Virus record (IMG/VR): IMGVR_UViG_3300025096_000089
Span: 1 to 28,497 of that record
Source: a virus
Lineage: Duplodnaviria; Caudoviricetes
Reading direction: 5' to 3' (one strand)
Length of the DNA stretch: 28,497 bases
Shown in pieces: positions 17,090 through 25,694 of this stretch. Each line of letters starts with the position of its first letter. Position 1 is the first letter of the stretch. Under the pieces are notes generated by a model. That model had not been told where the DNA came from, did no database searches, and worked only from the letters and a program-made list of their open reading frames with translations. A program made the position numbers and the translations under genes.

Positions 17090-19045
17090 ATGTCTGATAA
17101 TCAAGAACAGGTTATAAACTCAAAAGAACCTTTATCTTCTCAACAAAAGAAGAAATCTGTGCATATAGAGATGTTCAGGGCTGGTCCTCAGACCAGCTCC
17201 ACTGGGCAAAAGCTGATGTTCACAGAGGAGGATCTGGATCAGGTCATCGGGACTTATGTCCCTGGTGACCACGAGGCCCCTCTTATTATCGGGCATGATC
17301 AAACAGACGGGACCCCAGCATTGGGTTGGGTAAAAAATCTTTGGAGAAAAGGTAAGGCTTTATGGGGTAACGTTGAACTTACTCCTAAAGCTGAAAAACT
17401 AATTCGCGACGGAGTGTTTAAGAAAGTAAGTAGCTCGTTTTACTTACCCGAGGCTGAGACAAATCCTTACCCCGGAAAATTAGCACTTCGCCATCTTGGA
17501 CTAGTATCAATTCCTGCCGTTAAAGGCCTCACCGCTTTTTCCGAAGGTGAACTTAATAACGAAAAAATTATTAACTTGGCTCCCGAAGAGGGGGACATCA
17601 CTATTTCGTTTAAAGAAGCCTTAGAAACAAACAACTTTGCTATGACTAAAAAGAAAAACAATGACGTAGTCAAGGAGGTCTCGGTCGATCAAACTGCTGA
17701 TCATGCCGAGGGCGGAATGACCGTCAATATCAATATTGGCGGAGGCAAACCCTCCGTTTATGACGACTCAGGCAATGAAGTCAGCGAAACAGGTGCTCCT
17801 GCCGACTATAAAATGGAGTATGCTGCTGACGAAGAAACAGATGAAGAAATGGCCCCTGAAGCCGAATCTGAAGCCCCCGAGGGTGAAGGTGATGGTGATG
17901 ACATGGGTCTAGAAGATGAAGCTCCCACCGAAGAAGGTGTGGGCGATGAAGAAGCTCCTGCCGAAGAAGGTATGGGCGATGAAGAAGCTCCTGCCGAAGA
18001 AGGTGTGGGCGATGAAGAAGCTCCTGCCGAAGAAGGTGTGGGTGATGAAGAGGGAGAAGGCATTGAGCCTGCTAAAGAGGAAGGCGAAGAAGATATCTCT
18101 GGTGAAATGGAGAATAACGACAAGAAAATTGCCTCTCTAGCTGCCGAGTACGACGAAGACGAGCTCTTCCAAGCACTGGCTCTCAAGAAGCAGGCCGGAT
18201 CCATGATGGAGAAGGGCGCTTCCTATGGCGAAATGCCAGAAGGACTCAAAAAGCACGAGGAAGAGAAAGAAGGAAAGGGTGAGGATGACGAAGAGAAAAA
18301 GGAAGAGGCTGATCACGCTGAAGAAGTAGTTGATAACGCCAAAGAAAAGGAAGATGAGAAGAAAGAGAAAGAAGAGGAGGATCGCGCTGAGGAAGTAGTT
18401 AACAGCGGCGAAGGCTGCGACAACACGGAAGAAGAGAAGAAGAAAGAAGAGGACGAGGATGAGGATGAGAAAAAATCTGACACGTCCGAAAAGGTTAAAG
18501 AAGAAAAGAAAGAAGAGAAAGCTGACCTTGCTGAAGAAGCCGCATCCGTGGCTACAGAATCTCTAGATCATAGCGAATCCGCTATTGGAGATCAGAGCGT
18601 TGAGAATCTTAACGCCCGTGTAGCCGAACTCGAGGAAGAGCTTGGTAAGCAAAGAAAGCTAGCTCGAGAGAAAGAAATTTCTTCGTTTGCTGAAGGACTT
18701 TTCGAGTCCGGTAAGTTGACCGAACAAGTCGTTCCTAAGGGCGATCTCGTTCGTTTCATGGAGACTCTTAACAATAAGAACTCTGTGAATTTCTCGGAGA
18801 CCGGAAAGGCATCTCAATTTGACTTCCTACGTGGAGTTCTTGATTCCTTACCATCTATGGTCTCGTTTGAAGAGTTTGCAACACCAGCTTCTGCACCCAA
18901 AAAGTCGAAGTCGGTTGAGCCCAACGCTTCTGGATACGCTTACGATCCAAACACCGCAAATGTTCATGCAGATGCATTATCTTATGCTGAAGAGAACGAC
19001 TGCGATTACTTAACAGCTGTTAAGTTTGTTATTAACAACAACTAA
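17090..19045 (+). CDS. Mu I-like prohead protease fused to an acidic scaffold region
   Basis: IEMFRAG, EAPLIIGH, PALGWV, FKKVSSSFY, LRHLGLV..PAVKGL, then a long Glu/Asp-rich region and a helical C-terminus ending DYLTAV. Confidence 0.88.
   Translation: MSDNQEQVINSKEPLSSQQKKKSVHIEMFRAGPQTSSTGQKLMFTEEDLDQVIGTYVPGDHEAPLIIGHDQTDGTPALGWVKNLWRKGKALWGNVELTPKAEKLIRDGVFKKVSSSFYLPEAETNPYPGKLALRHLGLVSIPAVKGLTAFSEGELNNEKIINLAPEEGDITISFKEALETNNFAMTKKKNNDVVKEVSVDQTADHAEGGMTVNINIGGGKPSVYDDSGNEVSETGAPADYKMEYAADEETDEEMAPEAESEAPEGEGDGDDMGLEDEAPTEEGVGDEEAPAEEGMGDEEAPAEEGVGDEEAPAEEGVGDEEGEGIEPAKEEGEEDISGEMENNDKKIASLAAEYDEDELFQALALKKQAGSMMEKGASYGEMPEGLKKHEEEKEGKGEDDEEKKEEADHAEEVVDNAKEKEDEKKEKEEEDRAEEVVNSGEGCDNTEEEKKKEEDEDEDEKKSDTSEKVKEEKKEEKADLAEEAASVATESLDHSESAIGDQSVENLNARVAELEEELGKQRKLAREKEISSFAEGLFESGKLTEQVVPKGDLVRFMETLNNKNSVNFSETGKASQFDFLRGVLDSLPSMVSFEEFATPASAPKKSKSVEPNASGYAYDPNTANVHADALSYAEENDCDYLTAVKFVINNN
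17608..17615 (+). promoter_or_regulatory. Internal putative late promoter motif GTTTAAAG
   Basis: Inside the protease gene, 26 nt before the in-frame ATG at 17642. Confidence 0.6.
17642..19045 (+). CDS. Predicted nested scaffold protein (467 aa) from an internal in-frame start
   Basis: ATG (MTKKKNN...) in frame just after the protease domain, behind the late motif and an A-rich leader; analogous to Mu I/Z. Confidence 0.55.
   Translation: MTKKKNNDVVKEVSVDQTADHAEGGMTVNINIGGGKPSVYDDSGNEVSETGAPADYKMEYAADEETDEEMAPEAESEAPEGEGDGDDMGLEDEAPTEEGVGDEEAPAEEGMGDEEAPAEEGVGDEEAPAEEGVGDEEGEGIEPAKEEGEEDISGEMENNDKKIASLAAEYDEDELFQALALKKQAGSMMEKGASYGEMPEGLKKHEEEKEGKGEDDEEKKEEADHAEEVVDNAKEKEDEKKEKEEEDRAEEVVNSGEGCDNTEEEKKKEEDEDEDEKKSDTSEKVKEEKKEEKADLAEEAASVATESLDHSESAIGDQSVENLNARVAELEEELGKQRKLAREKEISSFAEGLFESGKLTEQVVPKGDLVRFMETLNNKNSVNFSETGKASQFDFLRGVLDSLPSMVSFEEFATPASAPKKSKSVEPNASGYAYDPNTANVHADALSYAEENDCDYLTAVKFVINNN
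17918..18049 (+). repeat. 33-bp coding tandem repeat, 4 copies (EAPAEEGVGDE)
   Basis: GAAGCTCCTGCCGAAGAAGGTGTGGGCGATGAA units with few substitutions. Confidence 0.95.
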
Positions 19046-19056
19046 GGTAAATACTA

Positions 19057-19557
19057 ATGGCAACAGACCCCCGCTATATGTCTTTTGACCACCAGTATGT
19101 CGAAACTGTATCGACCAGCGCCACAATTGCTGCTCACCGTTTCGTAACTCGTGCTGGTGCATACCCCGCCGCTGATGGCGATTTCGCCTCTGGCGTTACT
19201 ATTTTTGATGCTCCTGGTCAAGGTCAATTGACCGCTAAAGGATATCAAGTCAATGATGGATCTACTCTCGTCTACGAGGGTCAACTCAATCCATCCATCA
19301 CTCCTTCTAAGCCTGGAGTGTTTCCATATCAAGGCCTCCTTTCTGTAGTAACAGAAGGAATCGTTATTGTAGAGGTTGACGCCCTTTCCAGTGCAATCGA
19401 TGTTGATGCCGCCGTATACGCGTCCGACTCCGGAGAAGCTCTTGCTTCTGGTGGTGGCGGTACAAACTTCATTCTTGGTCGAGCTCTTGACACTGCCGCT
19501 GGTACTACAGATGGTCAGTTTATCAGAGTTAAGCTAGGTTCTGAAGGCGCGACTTGA
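19057..19557 (+). CDS. Capsid decoration/cement protein (DUF2190-like)
   Basis: IAAHRFV, VVTEGIVIVE, ILGRALD.A...GQFIRVKL; located between scaffold and capsid genes. Confidence 0.75.
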   Translation: MATDPRYMSFDHQYVETVSTSATIAAHRFVTRAGAYPAADGDFASGVTIFDAPGQGQLTAKGYQVNDGSTLVYEGQLNPSITPSKPGVFPYQGLLSVVTEGIVIVEVDALSSAIDVDAAVYASDSGEALASGGGGTNFILGRALDTAAGTTDGQFIRVKLGSEGAT

Positions 19558-19580
19558 TAAAATAAGGAGAATATTAAATC

Positions 19581-20561
19581 ATGATGAATCTAGATCAAGT
19601 ACGCGTAATCGATCCTATTCTTACGCAACTCGCCCAAGGCTACAAAAACGCTGAAGGCGTGGCTACATTCTTCGGTCCGGCTGTATCTATGAATACACGC
19701 GCTGGCCGTACACTCGTATTCGGCAAGGAAGCCTTTGCCGCTCAGAATTTCCTCCGCGCTCCTGGAACTAATATCCAAAAGATCCAGAACGAGTTCGGAA
19801 CCAGAAGCTTCGCGCTCCGTCAAGAAGCTATCAGCTGGGAAATTGCTGAGGAAATCGCAGCAGAAGCCAAGAATGGCGCTGCTCAAATTGACCTTCGTCA
19901 GTATGCTGCTAAGGACGCTGCAAATCGTCTTATGCAATCCTGGGAGATCCATGTTGCAACTGCCGTCCAAGACGACACTGCTTATGAGACTTCCTGCGTA
20001 TTCGACCTTGCTACTCGCGCCTCTGGTGCAGACAAGTTCAATGCTGCTACTTCTGACATTGAGGTTCTAATTGACGAAGCTAAGGAAGCTGTTCGCGCTC
20101 AGATCGGTACCTATCCTAATAAGATGGTTATCTCACCTGACGCTTTCAACGCCCTCAAGCGTAACAAGAGAATCAGAGACTTCATGCAACGTGGCGTTCT
20201 TGTCAACGAAGCAACTCTTGCCAACATCTTTGGCCTTGACGAGATTCGTGTTGCACGTCGTCTTAAGCTTAACCAGTCCACTGGTTCACTTGAGAACATC
20301 TATAGCAATATCGCTGTTCTCTTCTATCAGCCTTCTGGTGCTACCGATGGTTTCGCTCCTGCTCTGGATGCAAACTATGGTAACCCTGCTTTTGGATACA
20401 CCTACACCCTTGCTGGTTATCCTATCGCTACTCCTGAGCGCTTCAACATCGAACGCCGTGTATTCACCGGCGACATCCTTGTCGAGCGTTCCTTCGAGCT
20501 AGTCGGCATGGGCGAAAATGGTAAAGTTGGTGCTGGTGCCGTTCTTAAGAACTGCGTCTGA
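19581..20561 (+). CDS. Major capsid protein
   Basis: 326 aa; strong RBS AAGGAG; RVIDPILTQLAQGY, FGKEAF, LRAPG, PNKMVI, PAFGYTY; followed by a terminator. Confidence 0.9.
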   Translation: MMNLDQVRVIDPILTQLAQGYKNAEGVATFFGPAVSMNTRAGRTLVFGKEAFAAQNFLRAPGTNIQKIQNEFGTRSFALRQEAISWEIAEEIAAEAKNGAAQIDLRQYAAKDAANRLMQSWEIHVATAVQDDTAYETSCVFDLATRASGADKFNAATSDIEVLIDEAKEAVRAQIGTYPNKMVISPDAFNALKRNKRIRDFMQRGVLVNEATLANIFGLDEIRVARRLKLNQSTGSLENIYSNIAVLFYQPSGATDGFAPALDANYGNPAFGYTYTLAGYPIATPERFNIERRVFTGDILVERSFELVGMGENGKVGAGAVLKNCV

Positions 20562-20586
20562 TTTATAATCAACAACCTAACAAACT

Positions 20587-20612
20587 GGCTGGCCTTCGGG
20601 TCGGCCCTTTTT
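20587..20612 (+). terminator. Rho-independent terminator
   Basis: GGCTGGCC-TTCG-GGTCGGCC stem with a UUCG loop, followed by CTTTTT. Confidence 0.88.
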
Positions 20613-20620
20613 GTTTAAAG
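20613..20620 (+). promoter_or_regulatory. Putative late promoter motif GTTTAAAG
   Basis: Immediately after the terminator, 23 nt before ATG 20644. Confidence 0.65.
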
Positions 20621-20643
20621 TAAAAAGAAGAATAATATAAGCT

Positions 20644-21441
20644 ATGTCAGGACCTCAGCCTCCAAGAGATATATACGGGGTAGCGAGTAATTGTAACCTA
20701 GCGACTGTTGATTACTTTGTATCTATTTTTGGATTCCAAGAAGCCGTAGAGTTATCTAATATTGAAGACCCTACCGGAAACGGGATAGACGCAGATAAGA
20801 TCCAGCTCGCGTTAAATGACGCTGCTCAGCTAGTAAATAACTACATTGAAAGTGCTCCGCCTCAGGGTAAAGTGCTTATAGCTGGCTCGTTTAGAAGAAC
20901 TCAGGCTACTATTGCTAGATTTTATCTAGATGTACTCCGCCCTAGGACCCAAGTCCAAGAAGCAGCAGAGAAAGCATTACAGCAATTAGAGGCCTGGGGA
21001 TCTAAAGGAAGCCCAAGTGCAGGGCTTAAATGGCAAGAAGCCTATCGCTATTGGAGATCTGGTTGCTCTATGACGAAGAGCTCTTATCAGAGAGGAAGGA
21101 GCTTCACTGACCCCTCGCTTAATAAGTGGGTGCTACGTGAAGGAAGTAATGATAGACGGTTCCCTTACGCTAATAGAGAGTCTCTAGTGCTCAACAGCTA
21201 CAGCGAGAAGTCTCTCCAGCCAGAGACTATTGGCATGAAAGACGTTCAATCTGATAGCAATCAGCGTTCTAACGTACTATTTGAAGCCCTTGAGACTACA
21301 AGATCCCTATCCAGCTTTGTGAATACTGAGGATTCAGATAGCCCTGAAGATGGCGACGGTCTCGTTGCAGATAACACCACCCCGTCTGCAGATGGAGAAT
21401 TTGATAATTATGGTGGTCTAACTACTGAGGATACTTTCTAA
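20644..21441 (+). CDS. Head-tail connector, Mu gp36/DUF1320-like, with acidic extension
   Basis: ATVDYFVSIFG.QEAVELSN, IQLALNDA...VNNYI, IARFYL, A.QQL. Confidence 0.8.
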   Translation: MSGPQPPRDIYGVASNCNLATVDYFVSIFGFQEAVELSNIEDPTGNGIDADKIQLALNDAAQLVNNYIESAPPQGKVLIAGSFRRTQATIARFYLDVLRPRTQVQEAAEKALQQLEAWGSKGSPSAGLKWQEAYRYWRSGCSMTKSSYQRGRSFTDPSLNKWVLREGSNDRRFPYANRESLVLNSYSEKSLQPETIGMKDVQSDSNQRSNVLFEALETTRSLSSFVNTEDSDSPEDGDGLVADNTTPSADGEFDNYGGLTTEDTF

Positions 21442-21767
21442 TGTCTACAAGCTCTTATAAAGGATATAACCCATACCACCCAACCGGAGAAGGTAGTGGG
21501 GCGATGTATCTCACAAACAACGACTCAGGAAACTGCTATGGCTACTTAACGGGCTATAAGACAGGTATTTTTCCTGATGGTACCAAGCATAAGGAAGACG
21601 CCGATGCGCTTCGTAAGTATATCATCTCTCTAGAATCTACTCGTAAGCTACAGGATCTATCAGACGTTAATTTCTCTAGAAATGTGGAGAAAGGGGATTT
21701 CCTTATATATGATAACACCAGCGGGAAGTGGGTTCTAACTGATTATCTGTCTGGCGGCGAGTTCTAA
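21441..21767 (+). CDS. Small structural protein (neck/fibre-like motif)
   Basis: C-terminal LQDLSDV....KGDFLIYD..SGKWV motif common in phage fibre and collar proteins; TAATG-coupled on both sides. Confidence 0.6.
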   Translation: MSTSSYKGYNPYHPTGEGSGAMYLTNNDSGNCYGYLTGYKTGIFPDGTKHKEDADALRKYIISLESTRKLQDLSDVNFSRNVEKGDFLIYDNTSGKWVLTDYLSGGEF

Positions 21768-22702
21768 TGCTTTTAGAAATAGAGAACCAGCTACATACGA
21801 GAGTACATAGCACTATAGGACAGAGCGCCGTAGTCTTGAGACTAGCCGAAGAGCTAGATCAATCTGGTCGAGTTGCAGAACAGGCCATGATTATTGTTAG
21901 CTATGTCTCTGGTTCATCAACTAACGAGATGGGCGGTGGAGCTTATATACCCACAATCAGGACAAGGAAGATGACATACAGCGTCACTCTTGTTCAGAAG
22001 CAGACCCAAAGAGAGGGGCATAGTTTTTCTCTGCCTATCTTAGACCTAATCGCCGATGCCGTGACAGGATGGGTACCAGAAGTACCAGGAGTAGAATTTG
22101 CTACAGGATTTGAGCTAGATAGCGAGAGATTTGTTCAAGTCACAGAAGCATCACAATTTATATATGAACAAAATTATTCTGTTAATGTCTCTATATCTGA
22201 TGGTAGATTTTATACCCAACCTTGTGCCGCTTTTGATCCTATCTCTATTGTCGATTTCTTACCCACGAGAAAATGCTTACAGACCCAAAACGGAGAACCC
22301 ACTGGTTTAGCAGTATGGTCTAGAGTTACTGGCCCAGAAACAACAGAAAGCTATATTGTAGAAGATGCAAAAGCCTGTAATTGTCCTAAATCAACAAGCT
22401 TAGAGCTCACTTGTGGAGATGCAGAAGACGGGTCAGGGACTTACGAGTTCACTCCTCGTGATGCTAGAAAGATCGCCGCAGACGGATCTTTTGTTATAGA
22501 CAACTCTAAGGTGGTACAAGGAACTCTTCAAAGAGTGTGGAAATGTGATAAATCAAACAAAGGCAAGTATCCGCCATGGTTCAAGCTCAATATAGACTTT
22601 GCTCTTTGGAGAAATGACGTAGGACGTCTAGGGGCCGAGGATGAGAATTCTGCTCAGACTCTTAATTTCAAGACCGATGATGCATTGGATCTAGACTGCT
22701 AA
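21767..22702 (+). CDS. Tail terminator/neck protein, Mu gp37-like, with Cys-containing extension
   Basis: MLLEIENQL..RV, IIVSY.GS, LPILD.I.DAV.GW.P, SERFV...FIYEQ.Y pattern in the first ~145 aa. Confidence 0.65.
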   Translation: MLLEIENQLHTRVHSTIGQSAVVLRLAEELDQSGRVAEQAMIIVSYVSGSSTNEMGGGAYIPTIRTRKMTYSVTLVQKQTQREGHSFSLPILDLIADAVTGWVPEVPGVEFATGFELDSERFVQVTEASQFIYEQNYSVNVSISDGRFYTQPCAAFDPISIVDFLPTRKCLQTQNGEPTGLAVWSRVTGPETTESYIVEDAKACNCPKSTSLELTCGDAEDGSGTYEFTPRDARKIAADGSFVIDNSKVVQGTLQRVWKCDKSNKGKYPPWFKLNIDFALWRNDVGRLGAEDENSAQTLNFKTDDALDLDC

Positions 22703-23016
22703 GCTCTAATAAATAGCATCCTATCTCTATGAATATTTCTTTTAAGGGTATTTAGAGTTATGCATCTGTGACCTGCATTAAGAGTCATACCAGCTTTCTT
22801 AGGATACTTTGTAGTAAGGTCTCCATTGGCTTTCAATAGAGCAAACTCGGTGCTAACGAGCCCCACCCAATACTGAGGCTTTTTGCCTGCCATTAAGTAA
22901 GGCTCTTCTTGCATGAAAAGAGAGAGCCCGTACTTCGTTTCGAAGTAGGTATTTATTTCTTCAAAGCTTGTTAAAGACGGGGATGAGGTCTTTGATTGTA
23001 ATTGAGTTTCCATCAT
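22699..23016 (-). CDS. Hypothetical protein (start likely 23016/23013 rather than 23166)
   Basis: Fills the gap downstream of the polymerase; the shorter start limits the overlap with pol to ~55 nt. Confidence 0.55.
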   Translation of the reverse strand: MMETQLQSKTSSPSLTSFEEINTYFETKYGLSLFMQEEPYLMAGKKPQYWVGLVSTEFALLKANGDLTTKYPKKAGMTLNAGHRCITLNTLKRNIHRDRMLFIRA

Positions 23017-25645
23017 TTTCTTTTTTCTGTTGGGATACTGTGTTAGTACTAGCGTCTGCAGCTTTGCGGAAGATATGATCAATCTCGATAGATGAGAGCC
23101 ATGCGTTTGCCACGGGAAGTTCATAGATCCCATAGTTATATCGCATCCAAGCCCAGCACCAGGCATGAGCGACCTGGAATAAAGCTGCTAAAGTCTCTGC
23201 TTCTTCCTTTGGACACATATACAGAATACTATCATGGACTGACATATTAAACTTAGCATTGAGTCTGTGGTCTTTAATGAGCCATTCCATGGCGGCCATA
23301 AATGCATGAAGCATTGCGCTACCCGTGGACTGAATACACCAGTTATTCCTCATTGTCCAGAAGTCGTCGCCAACCGAGGATGGACGGAAGGCAGTTGACA
23401 TTTTTGTGCCACTTAGAGGGTTAATAGGTGTTTTTTCACAGGCAATCCGGGCCATCTCATTATAGGCATATGAGTCAGATCCGCCGATAAGTTCTCTCAT
23501 TCCTCGATATGCCTTACGTCCTTTCTTAATCTCAATAAGCTTCTTACCCATGTCCACAGCTTGTTTCATAGGGATGGACTTATTGCCTTTACGGATAGTG
23601 TTGGCCAGAGTCTTTGCTCCGCAGCCATAAAGCATCCCGTAGTTACATCCCTTAGCAACTGCTCTAGAGATCCCGATAGCTCTAGCAGTCATCGAGTGCA
23701 TGTCTGTTCCGTTGTCTTTTGATCCTGCGAGGATAGCATGAGAGAACTGAGTTGACCCGGCCACTTGGTGATAGGAATCAGCAAAGATGGAAGCAACAAC
23801 AGCTTCTTGGGCGTCAAAATCTGATTCAACAAATACCCAACCGTCAGGAGCTTGTACTCGGGTTTTGATCTCGGATCCAATTTTGTCATACTTTGGATCA
23901 GGAACTGTGAGCCAGAGATTTTCTCCAGCACGATTAGTAGAAGTATTGTGAGGGACTGTTGCTGGAACAATAAGATTGAATTCTTTACCGAGAGGATTTT
24001 TGACTTTAGCGACGTTTTGTTCACGGACTCGGCTTCTAACCGAGGTCCAATAAGATACGTTGATAGCTAGTTTGATAAGCTCTTTTGCTTGAGGTAGATC
24101 CGAGCTAAGCATTCCAGACTCGAAATCGTCATTGTAATCTTTAGAGAGTACTCCACCTACATTCTCTCCTTCGCCTTTAGGGTGGGGGACTCGGATATAT
24201 TCTCCGAGGTCTTCGTTTATGAAGCACCAGCCACGATCAGTGAAATAAGTCATAGGCTTATCATCCCACTTAAGACGAAGCAAGAAGTGGGATAGACGAT
24301 TCTTAGTAGAGATACCACCGATGACGAGTTTGTTTCCTTCCTCTGTCTTTACGATCTCAGAAACACTCCTCAACCACTTAGGGATCCCGTACCACTTAGA
24401 AGAAGGCTTTCCGGCTTTTGTGAGTTTGAAGTTGCACTCCCAGTCCATCTGAGATAGCCAAGGATCCGACTCTACGTCAATATCTCCTTGGTTCCAGGCA
24501 TCATAGATCTCTTGAGCCATCTCTCCTAAGATCTCTTCTTGTCTAGCGATAGAGTTACGCCAGATCTCTTCACAACCTTCAAACCACTCACCCCAATCGT
24601 CTACGACTGGAAGGAACGCAGATGAGATTCCGAAGTGACCAAGCAGAGTAGTCAGAGAAGGATTGTTTTGAAGATACTTAAGGATGACAATAGAGAAAAG
24701 CTCTTGAGTGATCTCAGCGTCTTTCAGTGCATATTGAGTTAGGTCCTCTCGAAGTTCACATATCTGTTCCATAGTCTCGCTGACCACGAACACGTCTCGG
24801 ATCTTCTTATCCTCTGGTTGCAGAGGGATCATAGGTCGGCAGTGGAAGTTATAACAATCTACTAGTCCGTTAAGAGATCCTTTCTCGGCCCAGATAGGGT
24901 CGGCTTTATAACTAGATTTCTTAGCGGCTTTCTGTACGTACCACCATCGCTGGCCAGAAGCTAGTCCACTCACATTAATGTGGGCAGACATGGTATCAAA
25001 CCAATAGTTTCTCTTAGTGATGTCGTATGATTCAGAACAACGAGCTCTATCATAAGCAACGTTATGAGCAATAAAAATCTTATCATTACCTACGGGTACG
25101 AGGGTCGTGTAATACTCAATAGAAGGATCTACGTAGCACTCATGCATCCAGATATAATAAGCAGTATCAGTAACTGCTGTGGCCAGGATAGGATGAGAGA
25201 AGTCTGATCCTTTAACAAAAGTCTCGCAGTCAAATACAGCGATACTTTCTTCGATCTCTCCTGGATGAGTAGTCTTAAATCCTGTCTTGGTTGGAGTATA
25301 CTTGGTCCATCCCGGCGTGTTAACGATATATTCTGTACCAGGCTTTTTAGGTAGCTCGGAATAAGCAAAATCTTTCATGATCTTGATTTGGTCCGATACA
25401 AGCAACTTAGAGATATTCTCGAAGTGTTCTTTAATATTCTTTCCTTTCAGCTCCGGTAGTTTGAAGTCTTCCATGAAGAAAGCCTTAGGGTTCTCGATAG
25501 GGAACGTAACTCCGAAGTTTTCCATCGAAGCCTTGATGCTTTTAATAGTTTCAGGTCTTACAGGAGATGGCTCGCAATCTCCGAACACCTGTTGGTTCAT
25601 CCCATCTGAAAGAGTGGCGTAACCCAGGACATTAAGTTTGGACAT
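22961..25645 (-). CDS. Family A DNA polymerase, mitochondrial Pol-gamma-like
   Basis: Exo motifs VFDCE, AHNVAYDRAR, DTMSAHINVSGL, QYALKD; pol motifs IGSEIKTRVQAPDGWVFVESDFDAQE, GTDMHSMTA..IGISRAVAK..NYG.LYG.G, NWCIQS, SVHDS, all paralleling POLG. ATG 25645 preferred over TTG 25651. Confidence 0.95.
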   Translation of the reverse strand: MSKLNVLGYATLSDGMNQQVFGDCEPSPVRPETIKSIKASMENFGVTFPIENPKAFFMEDFKLPELKGKNIKEHFENISKLLVSDQIKIMKDFAYSELPKKPGTEYIVNTPGWTKYTPTKTGFKTTHPGEIEESIAVFDCETFVKGSDFSHPILATAVTDTAYYIWMHECYVDPSIEYYTTLVPVGNDKIFIAHNVAYDRARCSESYDITKRNYWFDTMSAHINVSGLASGQRWWYVQKAAKKSSYKADPIWAEKGSLNGLVDCYNFHCRPMIPLQPEDKKIRDVFVVSETMEQICELREDLTQYALKDAEITQELFSIVILKYLQNNPSLTTLLGHFGISSAFLPVVDDWGEWFEGCEEIWRNSIARQEEILGEMAQEIYDAWNQGDIDVESDPWLSQMDWECNFKLTKAGKPSSKWYGIPKWLRSVSEIVKTEEGNKLVIGGISTKNRLSHFLLRLKWDDKPMTYFTDRGWCFINEDLGEYIRVPHPKGEGENVGGVLSKDYNDDFESGMLSSDLPQAKELIKLAINVSYWTSVRSRVREQNVAKVKNPLGKEFNLIVPATVPHNTSTNRAGENLWLTVPDPKYDKIGSEIKTRVQAPDGWVFVESDFDAQEAVVASIFADSYHQVAGSTQFSHAILAGSKDNGTDMHSMTARAIGISRAVAKGCNYGMLYGCGAKTLANTIRKGNKSIPMKQAVDMGKKLIEIKKGRKAYRGMRELIGGSDSYAYNEMARIACEKTPINPLSGTKMSTAFRPSSVGDDFWTMRNNWCIQSTGSAMLHAFMAAMEWLIKDHRLNAKFNMSVHDSILYMCPKEEAETLAALFQVAHAWCWAWMRYNYGIYELPVANAWLSSIEIDHIFRKAADASTNTVSQQKKENDGNSITIKDLIPVFNKL

Positions 25646-25665
25646 AAACAAGGGCAGTTTTTACT

Positions 25666-25694
25666 ATTATATACCAAGAAAGCGCTCCTGTCAA
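25666..25694 (-). promoter_or_regulatory. Perfect-consensus sigma70 promoter for the DNA polymerase
   Basis: TTGACA (25694-25689), 17-nt spacer, TATAAT (25671-25666). Confidence 0.88.

Noticed and set aside
17918-18049. 33-bp repeats as a CRISPR array
   Set aside because: Head-to-tail with no spacers, and in frame within an acidic protein.
1848-22702. Mu-like transposable prophage or tailocin/CIS
   Set aside because: No transposase, repressor or host genes; capsid, own DNA polymerase and cp12 indicate a lytic phage.
23017-23166. Extended N-terminus of the 155-aa ORF
   Set aside because: It would overlap the conserved polymerase C-terminus by ~200 nt; a later ATG is more plausible.
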